A DNA stretch of 63,917 nucleotides, counting the filler. It is 5 parts of 5 records of this genome, joined end to end, with 100 filler letters (N's around TTAATTAATTAA, not from the genome) between each part and the next. Parts side by side here need not be neighbours in the genome. Positions count along the whole stretch, not along the records: positions 8,789 to 33,548 come from SRR20825019_120; 4 more parts are not named here. The stretch is one strand, 5' to 3'. Numbering within the stretch: position 1 is the stretch's first letter; each line of letters starts with the position of its first letter. A program made the translations under genes and the position numbers. Shown piece by piece: positions 19,624 through 28,919 of the stretch. The notes beneath the pieces are model-generated. The model saw nothing but the letters and a program-made list of their open reading frames with translations, made no database searches and had not been told where the DNA came from.

Positions 19624-21459
19624 TTACGGTGCTGGTGGCGTGTAGGACTGGGTCGAGTAGTCATCCATCGCGGGTTTGCTGATGGTGCCCTGCTCGCTGA
19701 CGTAGTCCACGAAGGACTGGGCGTAGTCGAGGAAGGTGTCCTCCGAGCGGCCGTCGTCGGTGACGGTGCCGAAGGTCACATAACCGTCCCGTCCGCCACC
19801 GGTGAAACTGTTGGTGACCACGTTCAGGGTTTCACCATCGGTGAGGGCGCGCCATTGGGTCTCGTCGCGGCCTTTCACTTCGATGTTGTACAGTTGGTCA
19901 CCCTCGGCGCGGCTCATGTCCACGTTCCAGCGTAAGCCGGCGGCGTAAGGGTAGGCACCGGTGGAGCCATCGGGCGCATGGGCAAAGGCGACAGCTTCGT
20001 TCAGCACCTGGCGGATTTCGGCGCCTGTCATGGTCAGATCGACCAGGGTATTGGCAAACGGCAACAGGGTATAGCCGTCGCCGATGGTGATGTCGCCGGC
20101 CTCAATGTCCGTGCGTACGCCGCCAGCGTTCTGGATCGACACATCGGCATTCTTGCTCTGGAACAGGAAGGCCTGGGCTACCACATTGGGGATGTCACCC
20201 CCACGCGCTCCTGTCGTGCCTGCACAGCTGGGCAGACTGCTGGTGCCCTGGCCGGGAATGCGATCCAGGCAGAGGTCTTCGGTTGCGGTACCCACCACCT
20301 CATTGCGGAAAGTGTCCAGTTGCTGGGTGTAATTGGCCAGGGCGTTTGCCACTGTGGCGTCTTCGGTGACGATGCTCAACTGCGGAGCAGATTCGACGGC
20401 GTCCATGATCGCCTGTAATTCCGCACCTTCGGGTGTGTATTCGTTACCACCGCCGTCTTCACGGACAATGTCGTCGCCCAATAGCAGGTGAGGCACACCG
20501 ACACAGGATTCCACCACGCCGTCTGCGTTCCATTGAACATTGAGTTCACCCACCACCTGGGAATACTGCCAGGCCTGCGCGACACAAACCTTGTCACCGT
20601 CGGCGTTGGTCAACTCGGTGGGATAGGCTCCGGAGGACGTCAGGCCGAAGTCGTCGAAGTCACCCAGCAGGGAGTGGGAATCGCCGCCAATGATCACGTC
20701 CACACCGGACAGGGCTCCGGCCAGTACCAGATCATTTTCGTACTGGTAGTGAGTTAGCAGGATGATCTTGTTGACGCCATCGGCCTCCAATTCGTTAATG
20801 GCTTCCTGGGCGCTCTCGGTTTCGTCTAGAAATTGTGTGGTGTCCAGCGGGCTGGAGCTGTTCTGGGTCTTGTTGGCGATGTCGATGCCGACAATACCCA
20901 CTTTCTGGCCGGCGACCTCCTTCACCACATAGGGTTTGATGTAATCGTCAACAGCGGTCGGGGCCAGGGGAGTGCCAACCTGGGGCACTACGTTGGCTGC
21001 CAGAACCGGCGTCTGGCAACTGCCGCTGGCGAGGAAATCCAGGAACTTCTTCAGGCCTTCATCGCCACGGTCGAACTCGTGGTTGCCCAGCGCAAAGGCG
21101 TCGAAACACACCAGGTTCATCAGCTCGGCATCGGCTTCACCTTCGTAGGAGGTGAAGTACAAAGTGCCGGTGATGGCATCGCCGGCGTGCAGTTTCAGCA
21201 CATTGTCCAGGGCCATCTCACGCTCGGCAATCTTGGCGGCGACACGGGGGAAGCCCCCGGCGGAGAACTCGGTTTCCTGCCCTGCGATGGTCAGGGACTG
21301 CGAGCCGCTTTCAAGGTGTGAGTGGTGATCGTTGATGTGGAGAACGTTCAGGCTCAGCGGGCTGGCGGTGTTATCGTTGCTGCTGTTGTCGTCATCGTCG
21401 CTGTCACAACCGACCAGTGCGACGAGAGGGAGTACTACCCAGGCTGACTTACGGATCAT
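19624..21459 (-). CDS. Lipoprotein 5'-nucleotidase / NAD nucleotidase (NadN/UshA family)
   Basis: Lipobox LVGC; metallophosphatase motifs INDHHSH, AGD, GNHEFD, LTH and GGDSHS; C-terminal NAGGVR...LPFANTL. Confidence 0.92.
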   Translation of the reverse strand: MIRKSAWVVLPLVALVGCDSDDDDNSSNDNTASPLSLNVLHINDHHSHLESGSQSLTIAGQETEFSAGGFPRVAAKIAEREMALDNVLKLHAGDAITGTLYFTSYEGEADAELMNLVCFDAFALGNHEFDRGDEGLKKFLDFLASGSCQTPVLAANVVPQVGTPLAPTAVDDYIKPYVVKEVAGQKVGIVGIDIANKTQNSSSPLDTTQFLDETESAQEAINELEADGVNKIILLTHYQYENDLVLAGALSGVDVIIGGDSHSLLGDFDDFGLTSSGAYPTELTNADGDKVCVAQAWQYSQVVGELNVQWNADGVVESCVGVPHLLLGDDIVREDGGGNEYTPEGAELQAIMDAVESAPQLSIVTEDATVANALANYTQQLDTFRNEVVGTATEDLCLDRIPGQGTSSLPSCAGTTGARGGDIPNVVAQAFLFQSKNADVSIQNAGGVRTDIEAGDITIGDGYTLLPFANTLVDLTMTGAEIRQVLNEAVAFAHAPDGSTGAYPYAAGLRWNVDMSRAEGDQLYNIEVKGRDETQWRALTDGETLNVVTNSFTGGGRDGYVTFGTVTDDGRSEDTFLDYAQSFVDYVSEQGTISKPAMDDYSTQSYTPPAP

Positions 21460-21540
21460 TTCCTTGCTCCTGTGTTTGATTTATCCCCCGCATGTTCCGC
21501 TTCCCGGATGTCAGTGATGTGATGCTTTTGTTGCCGAAAT

Positions 21541-21568
21541 AAGAAACGCCCGCTCGGAGGCGGGCGTT
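21541..21568 (-). terminator. Intrinsic terminator after the ExeM-type nuclease gene
   Basis: AACGCCCGC/GCGGGCGTT stem followed by a T-tract on the minus strand. Confidence 0.75.
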
Positions 21569-21586
21569 AACGGGTACAGCTCGTTG

Positions 21587-23578
21587 TCAGCGCGTGCGAG
21601 CTGCTTCCAGAATGGCCTTCAAATCCTGAAAGTTAACCTGCCCGTCCATATTGACGTCATAGTGCTCAACGGAGGCCTTGCCGAACAAGCGTGCCAGGAT
21701 GAACCGGGCAACGTCGCGGCCGTTGATGCGGCCATCGCCGTTAAGGTCGGCTCGGTCGAACAACGAAGCGGAGTCCATGTTCAGGGCGATAATTACCGGG
21801 TCATGATCGGAGGCGCGATAACTGTCTGGCGCATAGAAGCTGGCCTGCTGTTCCGGCGACTTGAAGTCGGTGTTGTAGTCGAGGGCTCGGGGCTCATCCG
21901 CGTTAATGTGCCACACCTCGGTGTCGGCCACTTTCGGCGCCAGTGAGGTGTTGGCAAGGCTGTGGTCGAGGTAACCGGCCTGGCCGAAGAACACGTAGGA
22001 ATATGCGCTTTCCCCATCCGCCTGAGCGACCAGATCGGTATAGCCGTTGTTGGCGAGTGCGCGGATCGGGTCTTCCTTGGCGTAGGCATTCAGGTCACCG
22101 ATGATCAGTACGTCTTCCTCGCCAGTACCGGTGGGGTCTGAGGCCAGCCAGCTTGCCAGTGCGTTTGAGGCCTGGGTGCGAGCCGGGTTCCAGCACCCCT
22201 GTCCGTCACCCTGATCAGCGTTGGCACCGTCGGCGCTGCCACAGCCCTTGGACTTGAAGTGGTTAACGGCAATGACCACCGCATCGTTGCTGTCGGTAGC
22301 GCGGAAAGTCTGGGCCAGCGGCTGGCGGTTCAGATCGTCAAACGGCGCGGTGGCGAGCGTTGCTGCGTCACCAACGGTTTCCACCCGGTCGGCGTTATAG
22401 AGGAAGCCCACCGCGATGGCGTCTCCGCCCAGCTGTGGCAGACCCGGGTCAACGTAGGACCAGTTGCCGCCGAGGCTGTCTGCCAGTTGCGCAATCGCGC
22501 TGTTGTCGCCGTAGCCGTCGTTTTCAATTTCCATCACGCCCACGATGTCGGCGTTCAGCGCGTTGATGGCACTAACCAGCTTGGCTGTCTGACGGCTCAG
22601 CTCTTCAGCATCATCGGCGCCGCGTGCGGTGGGGAAGCCACCGCCCATGCCGTCACCATTGAAATAGTTCAGTACGTTGAAGGAGGCGACCACGAGGTTG
22701 CCGCTGGCTTCCAGTTCGGGGCTGGATGTGCGCGGGTTGCTCTGGGCGAAGCTGGGAGCTGACAGCGGCTGCAGGCGCCACTCGGAGAACCGATAGTCGA
22801 GCACCCCGATCAGGTCGTTCACGGTGTCACCGGCGCGAACGGTGGCGGTTGCACTCAGTTCTGGTGATGGATAGGGCACCACTGCCGGGTTCTGGCGATT
22901 GCTGCCGTCATCCAGGATCAGCCGGTCCAGGGCATTGAGCTCTTCCACGATTGCGGCGTCTTCCCCGGGCTCTGCGATGCTGGTTGGAATGAAGTGCCGG
23001 CCACTTCCCAGGGTCAGGCTGCCAAAACGGCCCAGATCGTAGTTGTCGTTGACGGTCAATGGCTCGTCAAACTGGACGCGCATGGACTCGAAGGCTTCCG
23101 GGGCACCAGCGGAGGCCCAGGGCAGTGTGATGCTGACGGGTGCCGGAAGTGTTGCGGTGCCACAGTCGGCCAGGTTCGTCACATTGGTGAGTTCGGTCAG
23201 GTTGCCGAACTCGGTCACTTCGCCAGCGATCCTCAGGCGCTGGCCGACCGTGACGCTCTCGCCCGGCGCATAGACAAACAGACCTTCCGACGTGCTGGGG
23301 TTGCTATCGCGCTGGTTCACCGCGGCTTCAATGTAAAAACCACCCAGACCGTCATCGCCGTTGAATGCGGCGGTTACGATGGCCTCTACAACGAGACTTT
23401 CACCGGCAAGCGGGCTGACGTCACCGGTGCCCTGGATATCGGAGATCAGGCTTGCGGGATTACCACAGGCCATATCCGGCAAGCTGGGGTTGCCTGGTTC
23501 CGCACTGGCCACCGGCCCGGCATAGGTGGCGATGGCACTGGCAATGGCGGTAGCAAATGCACACTGTTTTATCGTCAT
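21587..23578 (-). CDS. ExeM/NucH/Xds-family extracellular endonuclease with a C-terminal dockerin-like domain
   Basis: Signal peptide; ISDIQG...SPL and SEGLFVY OB region; EEP motifs ASFNVLNYFN, NHFKSKG, GDLNAY and SDHDP; two Ca-loop-like repeats at the C-terminus. Confidence 0.93.
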   Translation of the reverse strand: MTIKQCAFATAIASAIATYAGPVASAEPGNPSLPDMACGNPASLISDIQGTGDVSPLAGESLVVEAIVTAAFNGDDGLGGFYIEAAVNQRDSNPSTSEGLFVYAPGESVTVGQRLRIAGEVTEFGNLTELTNVTNLADCGTATLPAPVSITLPWASAGAPEAFESMRVQFDEPLTVNDNYDLGRFGSLTLGSGRHFIPTSIAEPGEDAAIVEELNALDRLILDDGSNRQNPAVVPYPSPELSATATVRAGDTVNDLIGVLDYRFSEWRLQPLSAPSFAQSNPRTSSPELEASGNLVVASFNVLNYFNGDGMGGGFPTARGADDAEELSRQTAKLVSAINALNADIVGVMEIENDGYGDNSAIAQLADSLGGNWSYVDPGLPQLGGDAIAVGFLYNADRVETVGDAATLATAPFDDLNRQPLAQTFRATDSNDAVVIAVNHFKSKGCGSADGANADQGDGQGCWNPARTQASNALASWLASDPTGTGEEDVLIIGDLNAYAKEDPIRALANNGYTDLVAQADGESAYSYVFFGQAGYLDHSLANTSLAPKVADTEVWHINADEPRALDYNTDFKSPEQQASFYAPDSYRASDHDPVIIALNMDSASLFDRADLNGDGRINGRDVARFILARLFGKASVEHYDVNMDGQVNFQDLKAILEAARTR

Positions 23579-23767
23579 GGTTCTTTCCCTGATTGGTCAT
23601 TGAAGTTGTCGGGGGCGATCGGCGCCGCCTGTTCCAGTCTGGGAAAGGACTGTGACGAGGGGATTTTGGTTTTATGAATCAGTCATTAATGATATCGATA
23701 TCCATTTGCATTTGAGGCACAATTATCCGCTTTCGAAAAGGCTTCTACGCATCATCAAGGAACATAT

Positions 23768-24964
23768 GTGACGACATCCACGCTTGCCAAACGACAGCTA
23801 CCCACGGGCATCTGGATCCTCGGCTTTGTCAGCCTGCTGATGGATATTTCATCGGAGATTATTCACAGTCTGTTGCCGATCTATCTGGTTTCCGTTCTCG
23901 GCGCCAGTGCTCTGATGGTGGGGCTGATCGAAGGCGCGGCGGAAGCGACAGCGCCTATCATCAAGGTGTTCTCGGGCGCGTTGAGTGACTACCTCGGTAA
24001 GCGCAAGGGGTTGGCTGTTATAGGGTATGGTCTGGGCGCACTGACCAAGCCAGTATTTGCCCTCGCACCAGGGCTGGGATGGATTCTGGCGGCCCGGCTT
24101 ACTGATCGTGTGGGAAAGGGGATCAGGGGTGCGCCTCGAGACGCCTTGGTGGCCGATCTCGCACCCCCTGAAATACGAGGGGCGGCCTATGGCCTGCGTC
24201 AATCCCTGGACACCGTGGGGGCGTTTCTCGGCCCCCTGCTGGCGATCGGCCTGATGCTGCTTTGGCAAAACGACTATCAGGCGGTGTTCTGGGTGGCAGT
24301 GGTACCCGCCGCGTTGGCAGTGTTGTTGTTGGTGGTTGGTATTCGCGAACCGGAAAAGCCCATCACCGAAAGGCGTACCAATCCCATAAGCCGTGCGAGC
24401 CTGAAGCAGCTGAGCCGTGCCTACTGGGCGGTGGTGGCAATTGGTGCCGTGTTTACCCTGGCGCGGTTCAGCGAGGCCTTCCTGCTGTTGCGGGCGGAAG
24501 ACGGTGGCCTGGACGTTGCCTGGCTGCCCGTCATTCTGGTGGTCATGAACATTGCCTATTCTTTGTCGGCTTACCCGTTTGGCAAACTTTCTGACCGCAT
24601 GGACCATCGCCAGCTACTGATCATGGGACTGGTGGTATTGTTCGTAGCGGACCTGGTGTTGGCGCTGGGTAACCACTGGCTTTGGACGCTTGTCGGCTCT
24701 GTTATCTGGGGTCTGCACATGGGGATGACACAGGGGCTGCTCGCGACGATGGTTGCTCACACTGCACCGAAAGCGCTGCGAGGCACAGCGTTTGGCTTTT
24801 TCAATCTGGTTGGCGGTGTTGCCCTGTTTCTGGCCAGTGCGGTTGCGGGACTGCTATGGACCTGGGCTGGCCCCGCGCTTACGTTTTACGCTGGCGCCGC
24901 CTTTTGCCTGCTGACCATTGGCTTGATGATGTGCCAGGGGAAGACTGCCGTGGAACCGACCTAG
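23768..24964 (+). CDS. MFS transporter
   Basis: About 12 hydrophobic segments; SGALSDYLGKRK, DRVGKGIRGAPRDAL and GKLSDRM. AAGGA RBS, GTG start. Confidence 0.92.
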   Translation: MTTSTLAKRQLPTGIWILGFVSLLMDISSEIIHSLLPIYLVSVLGASALMVGLIEGAAEATAPIIKVFSGALSDYLGKRKGLAVIGYGLGALTKPVFALAPGLGWILAARLTDRVGKGIRGAPRDALVADLAPPEIRGAAYGLRQSLDTVGAFLGPLLAIGLMLLWQNDYQAVFWVAVVPAALAVLLLVVGIREPEKPITERRTNPISRASLKQLSRAYWAVVAIGAVFTLARFSEAFLLLRAEDGGLDVAWLPVILVVMNIAYSLSAYPFGKLSDRMDHRQLLIMGLVVLFVADLVLALGNHWLWTLVGSVIWGLHMGMTQGLLATMVAHTAPKALRGTAFGFFNLVGGVALFLASAVAGLLWTWAGPALTFYAGAAFCLLTIGLMMCQGKTAVEPT

Positions 24965-27213
24965 GCCCACCAGGCTGGCAGCAGGTTGCGGATCTGCGGT
25001 TGCAGGAAGCGGTCATCGATCAGCCAGATCACGCCGGTGTCCTCCGGCGTTCGGATAACCCGGCCGGCGGCCTGGGCGACTTTCTGCAGGCCGGGAATCA
25101 GGTAGGTATAGGCGTGGCCGGCACCGAAGCGTTGCTCGAGCCGCTGGCGCAGAATTTCATGCCAATTGTCGAAGGGCGGCAGGCCGAGCGTTGCCACGAA
25201 AGCGCCGATGAGGCGGTCGCCGGGCAGGTCGATGCCTTCACTGAACACACCTCCGAGTACGGCCAGGGCGACGCCGGTATTGTTCTCATGGAAGGCCTTG
25301 AGGAACGCCGTGCGCTCATCGGTGGACATGCCGGGGCGCTGGGCTCGAAGCGGCAGGTCGGGCGCCTGTTGCAGAAGAGTCTCTTGTACCCGGTTGAGAT
25401 AGGAAAAGCTGCTGAAAAACGCCAGGTAGTTGCCGGGCCGCTGCTGGTATTGCCGGTGGATCAGTTCCGCGATGGGCGTCAGCGAACGTTCCCGGTCCGG
25501 CCGCCGGGTGCTGATGTCCGGGGTGAAATTCACCTCAAGCTGGTCGCAGGTAAAGGGGCCTGGCAGGGAGCGGAAGCAGGTGTCCTCCGGCATGCCCAGC
25601 AGGTCCCGGTAATAGACACCAGGCGACAGGGTCGCGGAAAACATCAGCGTACTGTCGGCGGCTTCGAAGCGCGGGGCCAGGAAGTCCGCCGGGATCAGGT
25701 TCTGGATGGTGAGTCTGGCCTTTCCTTTCGCCGGCCTGATCAGCTCGCACAGGGAATGATCGCCAAACACCTCCGCCAGCTTGGTAAAGGCCAGGCTTTC
25801 GAACATCAGTTCCTGCAGGATAAGGTCCGGCGGATGGTCCGCCAGGTAGTCGGTAATGGCGGAGACCAGTCGATTCAGAGCGCCGGTCAGTGAACCTGGA
25901 AGATTGTCCAGTATCACCGGCTCACGGCTGATGTCGGGGCAATGGTCGCGGATCACCGATTGCCACGCCCGGGACACGCCATCGAGTTTTGATTTCAAAG
26001 CCTTGGGCGACTGTTTCCGAACCCGCAGCAGATGTGCCTGGCTCAGCTCCACGGAGTACATGCCGCGGGCGCGGTCCACCAGGTTGTGAGCCTCGTCGAC
26101 CAGCAGGCTGGCTTTCCAGTCGTTCTGCCGAACCAGGGCATGGAGCAGGGCGGACTGGTCGAACATCCGGTTTACATCGGCCACCACCACATCGCACCAG
26201 CGGGCCATTTCCTGCGCCAGAAAATAGGGGCAGATACCGTGCTGGCGGGCAATGTCCGCCAGTACCACCTGGGTCAGGGCGCCGCTGTGATTGGCGGCGT
26301 CCTTACGGGCCGCCGGCAACCGGTCGAAGAAGCCCTTCGCCAGCGGGCAGGCGTCCCCATGGCACGCCTTGTCCGGGTGCTCGCAGGCATGATCCTTGGC
26401 CACCAGTTCCAGGGTTCGCAGGGGCAACGGGCCGGGTTGCTTTTCCCGCAACAGGTGAACGGCATCGACGGCCAGTTGCCGGGCGGTATTGCGGCTGGTC
26501 AGGTAGAACAGGCGGTCCTGTCTGGCCGTGGGCATCGCCATCAGGGCCGGGAAAAGGGTGCCAAGCGTCTTGCCTAGGCCGGTGGGTGCTTCCAGCAACA
26601 ATGTCTGTTGACGGACGCTGTTCCTGTAGACGGTTTCCGCCAGGGCGCGCTGCTGAGGTCGGAAGTCCGGGAAGGGAAAGGCCAGGTTTTTTAGCGCCAG
26701 ATCCCTTTCATGCCGGTGATTGGCTTCCTGTTCAGCCCAATCGCTGTAGTGTTCACAGAGCTGTTCCAGCTCCTGCCACAGTTCCTCTGTGAGGGCGGTT
26801 TCGGTGATGGGGGTTTCCTTGTCCTTGCCGACATCGTAGTAGATCAGGGCGAGATCGATCTGGCTCAACTTTTCCTGTCGGCACAGTAGTGCTCCATAGG
26901 CCCGCAATTGTGCACGGTGTAGATTGCGCTGGGCTTCCCGTACCCGGGACAGGTCACCGCGGTGGGTCTTGATTTCCTCCAGGCGGCCGGCGATCGGGTC
27001 ATAACCGTCGGCCCGCCCGCTGACCATCAGTTTGCCGCATTGGCCGGCCAGCGCCACTTCGCTTTGATACCTCGGCCCGCGACGGGCCTGCACCGCACCG
27101 TGGCCGGCAATGCCTTCTTCCGACGTGGGCGCCGGGGTGTAGCGCAGGTCCAGATCGCCCTTGCGGGCGGCGAATTCACACAGCGTTCGTACCGCGACGT
27201 TGAGGTCGGTCAT
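24961..27213 (-). CDS. XPD/DinG/Rad3-like FeS helicase with an N-terminal PD-(D/E)xK nuclease-like domain
   Basis: GRADG...EEIKT; Walker A APTGLGKT; four Cys (CEHPDKAC...CP...CPY); DEAHNL; SATL; EGIDLPG; QAAGRVIR. Confidence 0.9.
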   Translation of the reverse strand: MTDLNVAVRTLCEFAARKGDLDLRYTPAPTSEEGIAGHGAVQARRGPRYQSEVALAGQCGKLMVSGRADGYDPIAGRLEEIKTHRGDLSRVREAQRNLHRAQLRAYGALLCRQEKLSQIDLALIYYDVGKDKETPITETALTEELWQELEQLCEHYSDWAEQEANHRHERDLALKNLAFPFPDFRPQQRALAETVYRNSVRQQTLLLEAPTGLGKTLGTLFPALMAMPTARQDRLFYLTSRNTARQLAVDAVHLLREKQPGPLPLRTLELVAKDHACEHPDKACHGDACPLAKGFFDRLPAARKDAANHSGALTQVVLADIARQHGICPYFLAQEMARWCDVVVADVNRMFDQSALLHALVRQNDWKASLLVDEAHNLVDRARGMYSVELSQAHLLRVRKQSPKALKSKLDGVSRAWQSVIRDHCPDISREPVILDNLPGSLTGALNRLVSAITDYLADHPPDLILQELMFESLAFTKLAEVFGDHSLCELIRPAKGKARLTIQNLIPADFLAPRFEAADSTLMFSATLSPGVYYRDLLGMPEDTCFRSLPGPFTCDQLEVNFTPDISTRRPDRERSLTPIAELIHRQYQQRPGNYLAFFSSFSYLNRVQETLLQQAPDLPLRAQRPGMSTDERTAFLKAFHENNTGVALAVLGGVFSEGIDLPGDRLIGAFVATLGLPPFDNWHEILRQRLEQRFGAGHAYTYLIPGLQKVAQAAGRVIRTPEDTGVIWLIDDRFLQPQIRNLLPAWWA

Positions 27214-28910
27214 CGGTCGGTCCAGCGCACATAGCAGACGGAGACGGGAATGCCGTGGTCAACGCAGAACTCAAGCCATCGGGTCTGATGATCCTGCAGG
27301 CGGTCGCCAGGGCCTTTGACCTCGATCATTTCATAGCGCCGGTTTGGGTCGTTGTGGTCGGGCCGAAAGCGGATCAGGTCAGGAAAGCCGCTGCGGTGTT
27401 CGCGCAGGTTGCCCAGCAGGCGCCGGAACATCCGCTCCAGGTGTTGGGCCGGGATGCACGTCAGCGCCATTTCAAGCAATTCCTCCGAGAGTATTGGCCA
27501 GATCACAAACGGCGACGCGATGCCCTGTTTTTCCTGCCAGGTATCGCGGATTCGGGTTTTGTAATTGTCAGAGGCCAGCGTGCCGAGGCAGTCGTCAAAC
27601 AGTGCCTGACGACGTTCTACAAAATCCTCCCGGTACAGGTCCACCGGCCCGGTGTGAAAGGGATGGAAGAATGCGCCGGGCAATGGTTCGAACAGGGCGG
27701 GCCAGCAGAGCAGGCCAAACAGGCCATTGATGAGGGTGTTTTCCACATAGGCAACGGGGGTGTCGGGTTCGCTCAGGTGTTGCATGGCCGCCCACTCCAC
27801 CGAGTGGCCGTCCGGATTGTCCAGTTCCAGGGTGAACGCTGTCAGTTGCGGGCGTTCGCTTTGCTGGGGTAGCGCTTCTCCCAGTTTCTTCGCCAACCGC
27901 GCCAGGATGCGTTCGAGTCCGCGTTCCTCGGCGCCAAACCTGGGTTCGTCGGTGGCGGCCTGGGCAATCTTCCAGGCCTCGTGGTGTTGCTTCAGCCGTT
28001 CCAGAAGGCGCAGCTGGCGTAGCCGTGATTCGCGGTGTCCACTGAGGCGATGGGCCTTCAACGCCAGCTCTGTGTTACCGCCGCGCTCCGCCAGCTTGCC
28101 CAGTTCGAACAGCAAGCGGCCGCGCCGGCTTTCCAGCCAGGCATTCTCATTGGCCGTGGGGATGTCCTGCCATACGGTTTCTGGCGCCTCGCCCTGATCC
28201 AGGCGTTCACGGCAGTGATGCATCACCAGGTAGCGATCCACGTCGTCACGTTCGTCGAAAGCCCGGGACTCGGCAGAAAGCGGTACCTGTTCATACTGCT
28301 GGTGGCCCAGCTCCACCAGTACGAAATCGGACCAGCTCTGGCGCAGGTTGCCGAAAAACATCAGCCGCAGTCGGTCGAACAGGGCCATGTGGTTCAGGCG
28401 GATTACCTGTGTGGAGACGTCTGGTAGCCAGAGGTCCACAGGAGCGATGTCGGGATGCAGTGGAATCAGGGTGTCTTTCAGAAGACCCTTGGCGGCCGTC
28501 GCTGGCAGGCCGGCCGCGGAGATCTGGTTAGCGAGGGCAGTGCGAAGCTCGCCCAGCGTGAACAGGCGAAACAGCTCGGCAAGGGGAACGCTCGGATTGT
28601 CTTCAATCCAGCCCTTGGTGGCGAGCGCGCTCACGGCGTCATTCACCGGTACACCGATCTCCGGGTAGTTGAACTTCTCCACCCGGAACAGGTCGCCGGT
28701 GCGCATGACCATACGAGCCAGTAGTGCCCTTGCCGGCTGATCCAGGCTCAGCAGGCCATCTACCTTTCCGATTTCATCGGCGGTCAGCAGATCGCTGTGA
28801 AAACGCCGGACCCAGCGCACCACTGTCTCGAAGTTCTCGAGATAGTACAGCGGATTGTCCAGGTCCGCGGTGCCGGGAATGTGAGTCTGCTGGTCTGATG
28901 CGAGGGGCAT
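27210..28910 (-). CDS. VRR-NUC domain nuclease, bacterial FAN1-like
   Basis: YYLENF N-terminus, VENTLINGLFGL and GFPDL...EVKGPGDRLQDHQ. ATGA overlap with the helicase. Confidence 0.92.
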   Translation of the reverse strand: MPLASDQQTHIPGTADLDNPLYYLENFETVVRWVRRFHSDLLTADEIGKVDGLLSLDQPARALLARMVMRTGDLFRVEKFNYPEIGVPVNDAVSALATKGWIEDNPSVPLAELFRLFTLGELRTALANQISAAGLPATAAKGLLKDTLIPLHPDIAPVDLWLPDVSTQVIRLNHMALFDRLRLMFFGNLRQSWSDFVLVELGHQQYEQVPLSAESRAFDERDDVDRYLVMHHCRERLDQGEAPETVWQDIPTANENAWLESRRGRLLFELGKLAERGGNTELALKAHRLSGHRESRLRQLRLLERLKQHHEAWKIAQAATDEPRFGAEERGLERILARLAKKLGEALPQQSERPQLTAFTLELDNPDGHSVEWAAMQHLSEPDTPVAYVENTLINGLFGLLCWPALFEPLPGAFFHPFHTGPVDLYREDFVERRQALFDDCLGTLASDNYKTRIRDTWQEKQGIASPFVIWPILSEELLEMALTCIPAQHLERMFRRLLGNLREHRSGFPDLIRFRPDHNDPNRRYEMIEVKGPGDRLQDHQTRWLEFCVDHGIPVSVCYVRWTDR

Positions 28911-28919
28911 GGCTGGGCG

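Noticed and set aside
26700-27213. Cas4-like domain as evidence of a CRISPR-Cas locus
   Set aside because: It is fused to an XPD-type helicase, lacks the Cas4 FeS cysteine pattern, and has no cas genes or array nearby.
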